Program-made: the position numbers and the translations under genes
Shown: positions 47,783 to 56,348 of the stretch, piece after piece
Numbering within the stretch: position 1 is the stretch's first letter
Layout: each line of letters starts with the position of its first letter
Assembly (NCBI GenBank): GCA_965203175.1
Contig: OZ241867.1
Coordinates: forward strand, 5,568,001-5,632,000
Direction: 5' to 3'
DNA: 64,000 nt
Source: Candidatus Latescibacterota bacterium
Lineage (GTDB): Bacteria; Latescibacterota; UBA2968; UBA8231
The notes under the pieces: generated by a model
The model's database searches: none
What the model saw: the letters and a program-made list of their open reading frames with translations, nothing else
What the model was told of the DNA's origin: nothing

Positions 47783-47973
47783 CCGCTCACCTGCTTGACT
47801 CGGCCGATTTCGCCGGTCTCCAAGCGCACCTTAATCCCGTGCGGGTGCGTCGCCGACTTGGTCAGAATATCCCGCACCACGCCCTCGGTCAGCCGACCCG
47901 TGCGCTGGTCCTGCTTTTGCACGATGGCAACGCGCATCCCACGCTCTACATCGGCCCGTCTCGTTCCGTTCAT
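47779..47973 (-). CDS. YwbE/DUF2196-family protein
   Basis: MNG..R...G..V.IV.KQDQRTG.LT.G.V.DILT.S..HPHGIKVRL..G..GRV. Confidence 0.88.
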   Translation of the reverse strand: MNGTRRADVERGMRVAIVQKQDQRTGRLTEGVVRDILTKSATHPHGIKVRLETGEIGRVKQVSG

Positions 47974-49787
47974 CCCCGATCCAACCACACTGGACTCAAC
48001 CACGCCCGGTGCCCATCCTGTTGTCGCAGCCGCAGATAGTAATAAGCCCACGCGCCCTCCGGCGCTGGCAATTCGGCCTCATCGATTTCCACGTCCCAAG
48101 CGTTGGGCGTGTCCTGCCATACGCACTGTCCGTTGGCAATGATCTCCACCCGCTCAATCGGCGCGGTCCCGTGCAGACTGGCGGAAAAATGCACCTGCTC
48201 GCCTGCCGCCAACGCGCCCTCCGCGCCTGAACGCACGCCGTTGACCGTATAGTCGCAGACAATCGGCACGCCCGAAGTCGCGTAGGTCCAGCGCTCGTCC
48301 ATCGCCTGCCACACGGCCTCGCGGGTCAACTCCGTCGCCCGGAAACAGGTCATGCCCACGTAGCCTCCCGGATTTTGCGTCGGATGTCCCTGATGGTTGT
48401 CGGTCCCAGCCACGAAACCCAAGCGCCAGCCTTGGGCGAAAGCATCCTGCACCGAAGCACCCAATTCCCCCATGCGAATACCCCAGTACTCGTCGAGCGC
48501 GTCGGCTTCAAAATTGCCCCGCCCTTGGACGATTTCCACCAACCTAGCTCGCTTGTTAGGGAATTCCCAGTGGTATTGAGACCAGTAAAACGTCTTGCCC
48601 ATGACCTCGCGGTGCTTGCCGTACTCGATGGGCTGTCCGCAGTTGGGATGGTGCGGCACCATGACCACATCATCGTCCCAAGTCACTTCCGAGGGACAAA
48701 GCTCCGGTTTCCAGTGCCAGGTACCGCCATCGACCTCCGGCGTGCGCAGATAGAGATTGGCGTGCCCGTACGCATTGGAGCTTTCCCACGCGGGAATCGT
48801 CACAAAGCGGCCCGGTTCGTAAAACTCCTCATTGACCGCCAAGCACTCGGCCCATCCGGGGCCAATTGGCGCGTGGTCCGTCATCGCGATCACGTCGAGA
48901 TTGAGAAAGTCGCGGGCATAGGCGTATGCCGCGCGCGGCTCCCGGTCGCCGTCCACTGAAAGCCGCGTGTGGAAGTGGATGCCGCCGAAGTAGTGGCCGC
49001 GCTCGCCGACTGCTTGCGTCGGACCGCTCTGAGCTTCTAAACCGCGCTCGACATCGCGCACCGTGATGCGGACCGGACCGTCGGCCTGCACTTTAACGCC
49101 CTCAACCACACCCCTCCCATCGGCACCAACTCCTACCTCATCGGGTAACCCGACAACCGCGCCATCGGCCTGCAAAGTCACCGTCCCCCGGTAGCTAGAT
49201 ATTGGATTAAGATGATCGTCCGTCGTGAAAACCACAGCCCTGCGCTTTCCCTCCGCATCCGCCGTAGCGGCGATCCTCCCTTCCAGCCGCGTCAAGGGAC
49301 CAGGGGCATTACTCAGCGGAATGGGAGCCCCCACCTTCTCGAAAACCTCAGCGTCGGGTCGCCGCACCCGCACCTGCAGAGCACCGCTTATATCCGCGTG
49401 CGGCGACGGCATCACGCCCAGAGGAAAGACCAGCCGCGCTCCCGCACTCAGCGATTTGGTAACTTGGATGGTACACAAATAGAGTTCGTTGAGCGGCCTT
49501 CCCACCAACCCACCGCCAGCCGGCCCGTCGCCACCCCGCGTCATATCGGTCCAGTCGCACGCCAACCCGTGCCCGATCACCACCACGCCCTCACCCCCTT
49601 CGACAAAAGGATCTTCAAGCGTCCACTTGCGGGAATAGGAATGGAACGTGCTGATCGAAACCCGCACATCGGCACCGGCTTCCAAGCCCGCCGGACAAGT
49701 AACGAACAGCCGCAAAGGCTTGACCTGCTGGTCTGTAGCGACGAATTCCGTCTGCCCTTCGTAGTGTATTTCTAATTGCTCGTACAT
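47970..49787 (-). CDS. DUF3604/PHP-like metallohydrolase
   Basis: GIHFHT..S.DG, TDH, GH.N, PHH, GF.AG.DNH, YATSG and YYLR..Q.DG..AW.SP.W motifs. Confidence 0.8.
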   Translation of the reverse strand: MYEQLEIHYEGQTEFVATDQQVKPLRLFVTCPAGLEAGADVRVSISTFHSYSRKWTLEDPFVEGGEGVVVIGHGLACDWTDMTRGGDGPAGGGLVGRPLNELYLCTIQVTKSLSAGARLVFPLGVMPSPHADISGALQVRVRRPDAEVFEKVGAPIPLSNAPGPLTRLEGRIAATADAEGKRRAVVFTTDDHLNPISSYRGTVTLQADGAVVGLPDEVGVGADGRGVVEGVKVQADGPVRITVRDVERGLEAQSGPTQAVGERGHYFGGIHFHTRLSVDGDREPRAAYAYARDFLNLDVIAMTDHAPIGPGWAECLAVNEEFYEPGRFVTIPAWESSNAYGHANLYLRTPEVDGGTWHWKPELCPSEVTWDDDVVMVPHHPNCGQPIEYGKHREVMGKTFYWSQYHWEFPNKRARLVEIVQGRGNFEADALDEYWGIRMGELGASVQDAFAQGWRLGFVAGTDNHQGHPTQNPGGYVGMTCFRATELTREAVWQAMDERWTYATSGVPIVCDYTVNGVRSGAEGALAAGEQVHFSASLHGTAPIERVEIIANGQCVWQDTPNAWDVEIDEAELPAPEGAWAYYYLRLRQQDGHRAWLSPVWLDRG

Positions 49788-49807
49788 AGTTCAGTTCAAT
49801 TCCTCTC

Positions 49808-51004
49808 TTACCTCGTCGTGAGTTGGGCGATGGAACCTTCTTGGGTCAACGCATAGACCACTATATTGGTAGCGAGCATCAACTCAAAGTCGTTGCCTCG
49901 CCGCCAAGCACGACTCTCAATAGGGTCTATGCCGAACATCCGGCCCTGTATGAAGTAACCTACTAGGCCGTTAACTGTAGTCACGTTGGGTGGTCCTCCA
50001 GAGGGATTCATGCTAAGCAAGGTCCGGGACCGCAGACCTCCTTCTAGCTTAAAAAAGGCTCGATAGACGGGATGGTCGTCTGGCAATACCTCAGACCAGA
50101 AATCTTCCCCCTGTACCAAGCCACCGTGATGTTCTAAGCCACGAAAGATAACCTCTTGGCGCACCCCTCCCAAAAGGAATCCCCCTTCCATGAGGTATCG
50201 AACTACATTTTGCAATTCTTCCTCGCTTAGATTGCGGTATATCGGCTTGGCAATTAAGGAGAGTTCGAGGAGGCGATCATCGCCAAACGTGAGTTGATCG
50301 CCAACTTCCACTCGTAGGCTCGTGTATTCATTGAGTGCATCCGCCAACGCATCGACCGTCCGATTATTTGCAAAACCGGCTGGCTCCCAACCTAAATCAT
50401 TGCTTGAACATACACTGGCTAGCTTGACAACACTCTTGATCTCCTGCTGGGCGGCGACGCTAGGCTGATGCTGTCTGGGCTCTATACTGTGTACATCCGG
50501 CATCTCCAAGGAGAAATCTACTGGCGTCTCATATCTATCGGTTAGGTCGGTTGGATCTTCGATAGCTGATAGGCTCGGAGCTAAACCCATCCCTGTACGT
50601 ATCGCACTAGGAGGAACACGGGGAAGGAAAGATAGACTGCCTGCTACAGGTAGTTCCGACTGTTCAACGCCTTGGGTACGAGTATTAGCGCTATGCGAGC
50701 CGACACTGACCGGACTCGGCGGTGGTTCAGATGCCATCGATTGAGAAGAAGGCTCTTGCTCAAGGACAGGAGCTTGCTCGGCCACGACGGGTGTCTGGAC
50801 AAGCTTGATGGCTGGAGGACGGGGGGCTTGCTCGGCCGTCGGTCTAAATGGATCGAGCAGCACCAACCCGATCAGGAAGCCTACCGACAATCCAAAGCAA
50901 CGCCAGAAGCCACTGCGCAGGCCCCGCAACTTCACATCCATATCGAGGCCGATGGAAAAAGAGGAAAAACGGGGCGAATGGTTATTGAATTTCATCGGAG
51001 ACAA
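49808..51004 (-). CDS. Membrane-anchored protein with C-terminal DUF4159-like domain
   Basis: TM helix and Pro/Ser-rich linker, then LSEEE..N..RYL.EGGF..LP.DHPVY..FF..TNIVVYALTQEG. Confidence 0.65.
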   Translation of the reverse strand: MSPMKFNNHSPRFSSFSIGLDMDVKLRGLRSGFWRCFGLSVGFLIGLVLLDPFRPTAEQAPRPPAIKLVQTPVVAEQAPVLEQEPSSQSMASEPPPSPVSVGSHSANTRTQGVEQSELPVAGSLSFLPRVPPSAIRTGMGLAPSLSAIEDPTDLTDRYETPVDFSLEMPDVHSIEPRQHQPSVAAQQEIKSVVKLASVCSSNDLGWEPAGFANNRTVDALADALNEYTSLRVEVGDQLTFGDDRLLELSLIAKPIYRNLSEEELQNVVRYLMEGGFLLGGVRQEVIFRGLEHHGGLVQGEDFWSEVLPDDHPVYRAFFKLEGGLRSRTLLSMNPSGGPPNVTTVNGLVGYFIQGRMFGIDPIESRAWRRGNDFELMLATNIVVYALTQEGSIAQLTTR

Positions 51005-51009
51005 ACCTC

Positions 51010-52449
51010 TCAGGCGTAATTAGCCTCGTTCCACGCTCCCACCAAAAACGCCGTGCGATACTGCCGCGTCGAGATCAGCCAGTGGCACAGAAGTTTCTCG
51101 CACTGCTCGACAATCTCTTGATACGTCTGCTCGCCGTACAAATTGCGGGCCTCGTGCGGATCGGCCTCCAAGTCGTAGAGCTCGCCGCAGTCGCCTCCGA
51201 AATCCTCCGGCTGATAGTGCACGTAGCGCCACTTGCCCCAGCGCAACGCCTTACTGTGCCGATGCTCAGTGACCGCCACCTCATGCACGGGATCGGTTCC
51301 ACCCCGCAAAAGCTCGCTGATGTCCACCCCGTCCATGCCCTCCATCGCCGGCAACCCGCAGAGGCTCATAAACGTCGGGGCCAAATCAACATTTTCCACC
51401 AACGCGTCGCAAATCCTGCCCGCGGCCGCAACGCCCGGCACCCGCCAGAGCATCGGCACCCGACACACCGCTTCCGAGCATATCCCAGGGGCCTTTTCCT
51501 GAATGCCAAAAGCAGTGCTGTACGCGCCGTGATCGGAGTTATAGACGACAATCGTATCTCCAGCCAAGCCGCGTTCGTCGAGGTAGTCCAGAAGGCGGCC
51601 AATGCAGTAGTCAACCTGCGTCACGCAGCCCAGATAGCCGCGCCAGATGTTGCGCGCTCCCTCCTCCGGTGACCATTCCTCCCCTTCCCAAGCCCGCTGA
51701 AACCGCGCGTGCATATCGCGGAAATGCGGAGGGCGTCCCGACGGGTCTTGGTAATAAGTCTCCGGCAGCGCGATGCCGTCTGCATACATATCCCAAAACT
51801 TTCGATCCGGCGTATAAGGCGCGTGCGGTCGCGGCAACGAGACCTGCATACAGAAGGGATCTCCCTCACACCTCTCCATAAATTCAATCGCCCGGTCCAC
51901 GCACCAAGTCTCGACATTGTACTCCAGCGGCAGCTCCGATGGCCGGGCGCGGAACTGGTTCTGAGGCAAACCAACAGGATGGAGGGCTGGGTAGCCAGTG
52001 ATGCGAAAGTTGTCGTTTTGCTCCAAGAGACCGGCACCAGCCAAAAACGTTTGATACGGCGACAGACCGCCCGCGCCCGGCACTGGCGTCGAGGTGCCAG
52101 ACATCCAGTAGTCAACGTGATCCAACAGCCAGTCGCGCGGTTGGTTGGGCACATGCGTCTTGCCGATCACCGCCGTCTTGTACCCATGCTGTTTAAAATG
52201 GCCAAGGAAACTCTGCATTCCCTCCGGACGCGGCCCACCCAGACCGAAAAAACCGTGGTTGTGACAGTACTGGCCCGTATACATGCTCATGCGGCTAGGC
52301 GTGCAGATCGGATTCTGGGTGTACGCCGCTGAAAATCGCATGCCCTCACTGGCCAGCCGATCCATATTGGGCGTCAGCGCCTGCGCGTGGCCCTCGCAGC
52401 CCATGCAGGCCGCTTGGTGCTGATCAGAGAGGATGTGCAGTACATTCAT
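51010..52449 (-). CDS. Sulfatase (Cys-type)
   Basis: SDQH, CTPSR, GKTH, PHAP, SDHG and ELYDL..DP.E motifs. Confidence 0.92.
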   Translation of the reverse strand: MNVLHILSDQHQAACMGCEGHAQALTPNMDRLASEGMRFSAAYTQNPICTPSRMSMYTGQYCHNHGFFGLGGPRPEGMQSFLGHFKQHGYKTAVIGKTHVPNQPRDWLLDHVDYWMSGTSTPVPGAGGLSPYQTFLAGAGLLEQNDNFRITGYPALHPVGLPQNQFRARPSELPLEYNVETWCVDRAIEFMERCEGDPFCMQVSLPRPHAPYTPDRKFWDMYADGIALPETYYQDPSGRPPHFRDMHARFQRAWEGEEWSPEEGARNIWRGYLGCVTQVDYCIGRLLDYLDERGLAGDTIVVYNSDHGAYSTAFGIQEKAPGICSEAVCRVPMLWRVPGVAAAGRICDALVENVDLAPTFMSLCGLPAMEGMDGVDISELLRGGTDPVHEVAVTEHRHSKALRWGKWRYVHYQPEDFGGDCGELYDLEADPHEARNLYGEQTYQEIVEQCEKLLCHWLISTRQYRTAFLVGAWNEANYA

Positions 52450-52473
52450 TTGACACCTCAATTGGCTCTCTAG

Positions 52474-52537
52474 TCGTCCTCATCCTCGCCGACGACATTG
52501 GGCTATTCCGACCTCGGCTACTACAGCTCCGAAATCC
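52474..52537 (+). repeat. 64-bp degenerate copy of the arylsulfatase 5' end (54745-54807)
   Basis: TCGTCCTCATCCTCGCCGACGACA(T)TGGGCTATTCCGACCTCGGCT...GAAATCC; 3 substitutions and 1 insertion. Confidence 0.85.
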
Positions 52538-52874
52538 TAATGTCGTCTTCTGTCAATGTCCGTTCCAATGCGCGGTCCCAGTCCATGCTGTCTTTCTCAA
52601 GCGTTGTTTGTACGCATCCGGGCAATTGCTGTCCACAGATGTACATCTCAGGGGTGCCCCAGTGCTCCGTGCCTTCGGGAATCCTTGGTCTGTTCCCGGT
52701 ATGCTGAATTGTCGCTTTCATGTAATGCACGATATAGGCCCGCCGAAACCGATCTGATCTGTTGGGAGTGCTGCGGTGCAATAGCGCATTGTTGAAAAAC
52801 ACCAATGCGCCCTTCGGCACTTCTACTGGCATGGCCTGTTCTTCCATCTCGTCTGACACAGCCACTCTTTTTAG

Positions 52875-54034
52875 GGCGTTGTTGCATGAATCATATCTGG
52901 GGCATCATTGTCGAATGTTGTTTTTTGTTCAGTTGATTTTTTCTACTCGATACGACTGGGGTTTGCCCACATGGATCATTCGATTGAGGAGGGCACAGCC
53001 GAGGCGACTTTCGACCTGTTGGTTGATCCAGCTACGCGCCTTCAGCTTGTCGCCGATGAGGTGCTTATAGCGATAGATTTGCGTTTCGGCCAACGAGCGT
53101 CGATGATAGCCACTGGCCTGTTTCCACTCCTTGCGTCCCTTTCGTCGTATGGCCCGCAGGATTTCATCGCGCGCCAACGGGGGGACCTTACAATTACCAT
53201 GCTGATGGATTGTAGCGTCTTTGCGCAGTGCGATGATCGGCCGAATCGAGGGATCACTCCGCGTGGCCAAGGCGTCGAACACCTTCTGTTTGTCATAGGC
53301 CCCATCGCCGCCTACCGCCTCCACCGCCTCGTCGACTTGGGTCAACAGAGGGGCCACCTGCGAGGCATCATCGATCCGATGGGACGTCAACGTCTGCGCG
53401 ACCACCTCGCCGGTGGCCTCGTTGACCCCCACATGCAGTTTGCGCCACGTGCGCCGTTTGGTCCAGCCGTGTTGACGGACTTTCCTCTCGCCCTCGCCAT
53501 AGACTTTCAAACCCGTCGAATCCACTACCAAGTGCATCGGGCTAGCCGGGCTATCGGGCTGCTTTTTCGGCAACTCCACCGCCAAGGCCCCTTGGCGACG
53601 CGACAAGGTCGAGTAGTCCGGCACGGCCAAGGCCAACCCCATCAAGTCCAACAGCGATTGGATAAACCCCTGCGTCTGGCGCAACGGCAACCCAAGCAAC
53701 ACCCGCATCGTCAACATCCATTCAATCGCTGGATCCGAATAGACAAACTGAGCACCCCGTTGCGATGGCCCCTGAGCATACCATTGCTTCCACAGACCAT
53801 CGTCCAGCCACACCGTCAGGCTACCACGAGCCACCAACGCCCGATTATACGACGACCAATTCTTAACCCGATACACCGGTTGCGACTTGACCGAGGGCGA
53901 ACTGCCAGATACTTTGCTCATCACAGGCTCTTTGGGAAGAAAGGAACGTGTTTCTTGCTGGAAACCACGAACCAATCTAACCGAAGAGCCTGACTCATTT
54001 CAAGACCCGAACACAGCTTTCATGCAACAACGCC
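52875..54034 (-). mobile_element. IS5-family (IS903-like) insertion sequence, about 1160 bp
   Basis: Perfect terminal IR GGCGTTGTTGCATGAA; flanks CTTTTTAG / CTTTTTTG (8-bp DR with 1 mismatch). Confidence 0.92.
52929..53921 (-). CDS. IS5/IS903-group DDE transposase
   Basis: NW..YN.AL..RGSLT.W, PDYSTLSRR, DSTGLK.YGEGE, WRKLH, DGAYD and GYHRRSLAET motifs. Confidence 0.95.
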   Translation of the reverse strand: MSKVSGSSPSVKSQPVYRVKNWSSYNRALVARGSLTVWLDDGLWKQWYAQGPSQRGAQFVYSDPAIEWMLTMRVLLGLPLRQTQGFIQSLLDLMGLALAVPDYSTLSRRQGALAVELPKKQPDSPASPMHLVVDSTGLKVYGEGERKVRQHGWTKRRTWRKLHVGVNEATGEVVAQTLTSHRIDDASQVAPLLTQVDEAVEAVGGDGAYDKQKVFDALATRSDPSIRPIIALRKDATIHQHGNCKVPPLARDEILRAIRRKGRKEWKQASGYHRRSLAETQIYRYKHLIGDKLKARSWINQQVESRLGCALLNRMIHVGKPQSYRVEKIN

Positions 54035-54670
54035 CTTTTTTGCAATAAATAATCATCGCTCTCGACCTGGCTGTGATCTATCACGCCCAGGCGGTGGCTA
54101 CCGGGGATCACCCACAAGCATCCGTTTTCTTCGTCTGCATCATCCAGTGCCAGCCAGGTTCCAATCGTCGATTGGTCTATAGCGTCCCCCACGCTGCTGA
54201 TATACGTGTTGCGGAAATACCACGAGTCCTGATGCCACGCAATAGGTCGCCCGGTGCCCGGAGGTTTAAAAAAATATAGATCGTTTGGACAGAACAGATC
54301 TCGCCCCACGATCTCTGCGACCGCATCCAGCCGCCTTGGGTCGCGAATGTGGGATCGCACCAATGCACTGAACCTGTGAAGTCGCGTTATACCGTTTAAC
54401 GATGCAGGTCCAGAAGTCGCATCAGTTCCGGCATTGCGTTTCAGAATTGCTTGCTTCTCTTTCTCTGTCAACACGTCAGAGGTTTCGATGAGTTCTACGA
54501 GATCTTCGATTCTGTCGCTCAGTGCATCAATCTCATAAATGTCGAAGGCATCTAGGCGAATAAAGAACCCATCTTTTGCATACTTTTCGCGCTCTTCTGC
54601 AATCAATCCATGCGTTATAGAGTCAACTGTAGCCATAAAACATCTCCTTTCCTTTTGAGAATTATTAATT

Positions 54671-54696
54671 TAATTCGTAATTCCTAATTCCTAATT
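54671..54696 (+). repeat. Short heptamer tandem repeat TAATTC(G/C), about 3.7 copies
   Basis: TAATTCG TAATTCC TAATTCC TAATT in an AT-rich divergent intergenic region. Confidence 0.6.
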
Positions 54697-54716
54697 TGCG
54701 CAGAAGGAGTCCTTCC

Positions 54717-56348
54717 ATGCCCACCACCTCCCAGCGCCCCAACATCGTCCTCATCCTCGCCGACGACATGGGCTATTCCGACCTCGGCTGCTACGGCTCT
54801 GAAATCCGCACCCCCAACCTAGATGGCCTCGCCGCCGAGGGCCTGCGCTTCTCGCAGATGTACAATTTCGCCCGCTGCTGCCCCTCGCGCGCGGCCTTGC
54901 TGACCGGTCTCTATCCACACCAAGCCGGCATCGGCCACATGGCTGGCGGCATCCCCAACGCTCCTGGCTATGGCGGCTATCTGCGCCACTCGTCCGTCAC
55001 CATTGCCCAAGTACTCAAGGAACGCGGCTATCGCACCCTAATGTCGGGCAAGTGGCACTGCGGCAAAAGACCCGACAGCGCCGACACGCCCCCCGAGATG
55101 CAGCACGGTTTCGACCGCCTCTTTGGCCTCGGTAGAAACAGCGGCTACTTCGGCGGGCGCACCTGCGCCCTCGACGGCGAACCTATCGCCGCCAATCCCA
55201 CCGACTTCTACCTCACCGACGCCATCTCCAATCACGCCGTTGACTTCATCTCTGAAAGCGCCGACCAGCCCTTTTTCATGTACGTCGCGTACACAGCACC
55301 GCACTGGCCGCTCCAAGCCTTTGAGAAGGACATCGCCCGCTATCAGGGCCAGTACCGCAAAGGCGGCTGGGACGCAGCGCGCACCGCCCGCCACGAAGCG
55401 CTCAAAGACATGGAAATCGTCAGCTCGCACTGGGACATATCGCCCCGCGACGAGGACGCACCTCCTTGGAATGAAGTGGCCGACCCAGATTGGGAAGACC
55501 GGCGCATGGCCGTGTACGCCGCTCAGGTCGATCGCATGGACCAAGGCATCGGCCGCATCCTCGCCAAACTCCGCGAACTCGACCTAGAAGACAATACATT
55601 GATCATTTTTCTCTCGGACAACGGCGGCTGTGCTGAATTCTTGTGCGAGGACGGCAATCGCATCGATTGGGTCTTTTTACAAGGCCTGACAACCCACGAC
55701 GGGCGGCCCGTGCAAATGGGCAACATCCCCGGTCTGATGCCCGGGGCTGAGGACACGTACATGAGCTACGACGTGCCCTGGGCCAATGTCAGCACCACCC
55801 CCTTCCGCCGCTATAAGCGCTGGGTCCACGAAGGCGGCATCGCCACCCCCTGCATCGTCCGCTGGCCTGCCACCATCAAACAACCCGACCTCGCGCACGC
55901 CCCCGCCCAGATCATCGACATCACCGCCACCCTCATCGACGCAGCCGGCGCTTCCTACCCCGCCGAATACGACGGCCACGCCATTACCCCCCTCGAAGGC
56001 GAGAGCTTCCTCTCACTCCTTGAAGGCCGCGAGTGGTCGCGCGAAAAGCCTATGTACTGGGAGCACGAGGGCAATGCCGCCATCCGCATCGGGCCGTGGA
56101 AACTAGTCTGCGAAACCAGCGGCCAAGGCGGCTGGGAACTCTACAACATGGACGAAGATCGCACCGAACTCAACGATCTAGCGGAGCGAGAAAAAGCCCG
56201 AGTTGGGGAAATGGCAAAGCGTTACCGCGAATGGGCGGACCGCGCCGATGTCCTGCCCTGGCCCATCAGCCCCGGCGCGTGGAAATTCGCCGGTATGAAC
56301 CGGGAGGGCACCTTCTACATGCGAGGACGGCACGGCCACATGGTCTAG
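54717..56348 (+). CDS. Arylsulfatase (AtsA-like)
   Basis: RPNIVLILADDMGYSDLG, RCCPSRAALLTG, GKWH, APHWP, SDNG and HEGGI motifs. Confidence 0.93.
   Translation: MPTTSQRPNIVLILADDMGYSDLGCYGSEIRTPNLDGLAAEGLRFSQMYNFARCCPSRAALLTGLYPHQAGIGHMAGGIPNAPGYGGYLRHSSVTIAQVLKERGYRTLMSGKWHCGKRPDSADTPPEMQHGFDRLFGLGRNSGYFGGRTCALDGEPIAANPTDFYLTDAISNHAVDFISESADQPFFMYVAYTAPHWPLQAFEKDIARYQGQYRKGGWDAARTARHEALKDMEIVSSHWDISPRDEDAPPWNEVADPDWEDRRMAVYAAQVDRMDQGIGRILAKLRELDLEDNTLIIFLSDNGGCAEFLCEDGNRIDWVFLQGLTTHDGRPVQMGNIPGLMPGAEDTYMSYDVPWANVSTTPFRRYKRWVHEGGIATPCIVRWPATIKQPDLAHAPAQIIDITATLIDAAGASYPAEYDGHAITPLEGESFLSLLEGREWSREKPMYWEHEGNAAIRIGPWKLVCETSGQGGWELYNMDEDRTELNDLAEREKARVGEMAKRYREWADRADVLPWPISPGAWKFAGMNREGTFYMRGRHGHMV

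Larger units (their letters stand above)
52521..54636 (-). pseudogene. PhyH-family dioxygenase interrupted by an IS5-family element
   Basis: WHQD and NGCL..PGSH lie before the IS and LLHRS..N.S...RR after it; removing the IS plus 8 bp gives an in-frame 315-aa ORF (..LLQKR|VAVSDEM..). Confidence 0.9.

Noticed and set aside
52908-53993. 361-aa plus-strand ORF
   Set aside because: Antisense to the IS5 transposase, with no recognisable motifs.
53995-54636. 213-aa ORF and the 114-aa ORF at 52521 as separate genes
   Set aside because: They are two halves of one IS-interrupted PhyH gene.
54671-54696. Heptamer repeat as a marker of a DGR or other mobile system
   Set aside because: Fewer than four copies, with no reverse transcriptase, Avd or template/variable repeat pair nearby.
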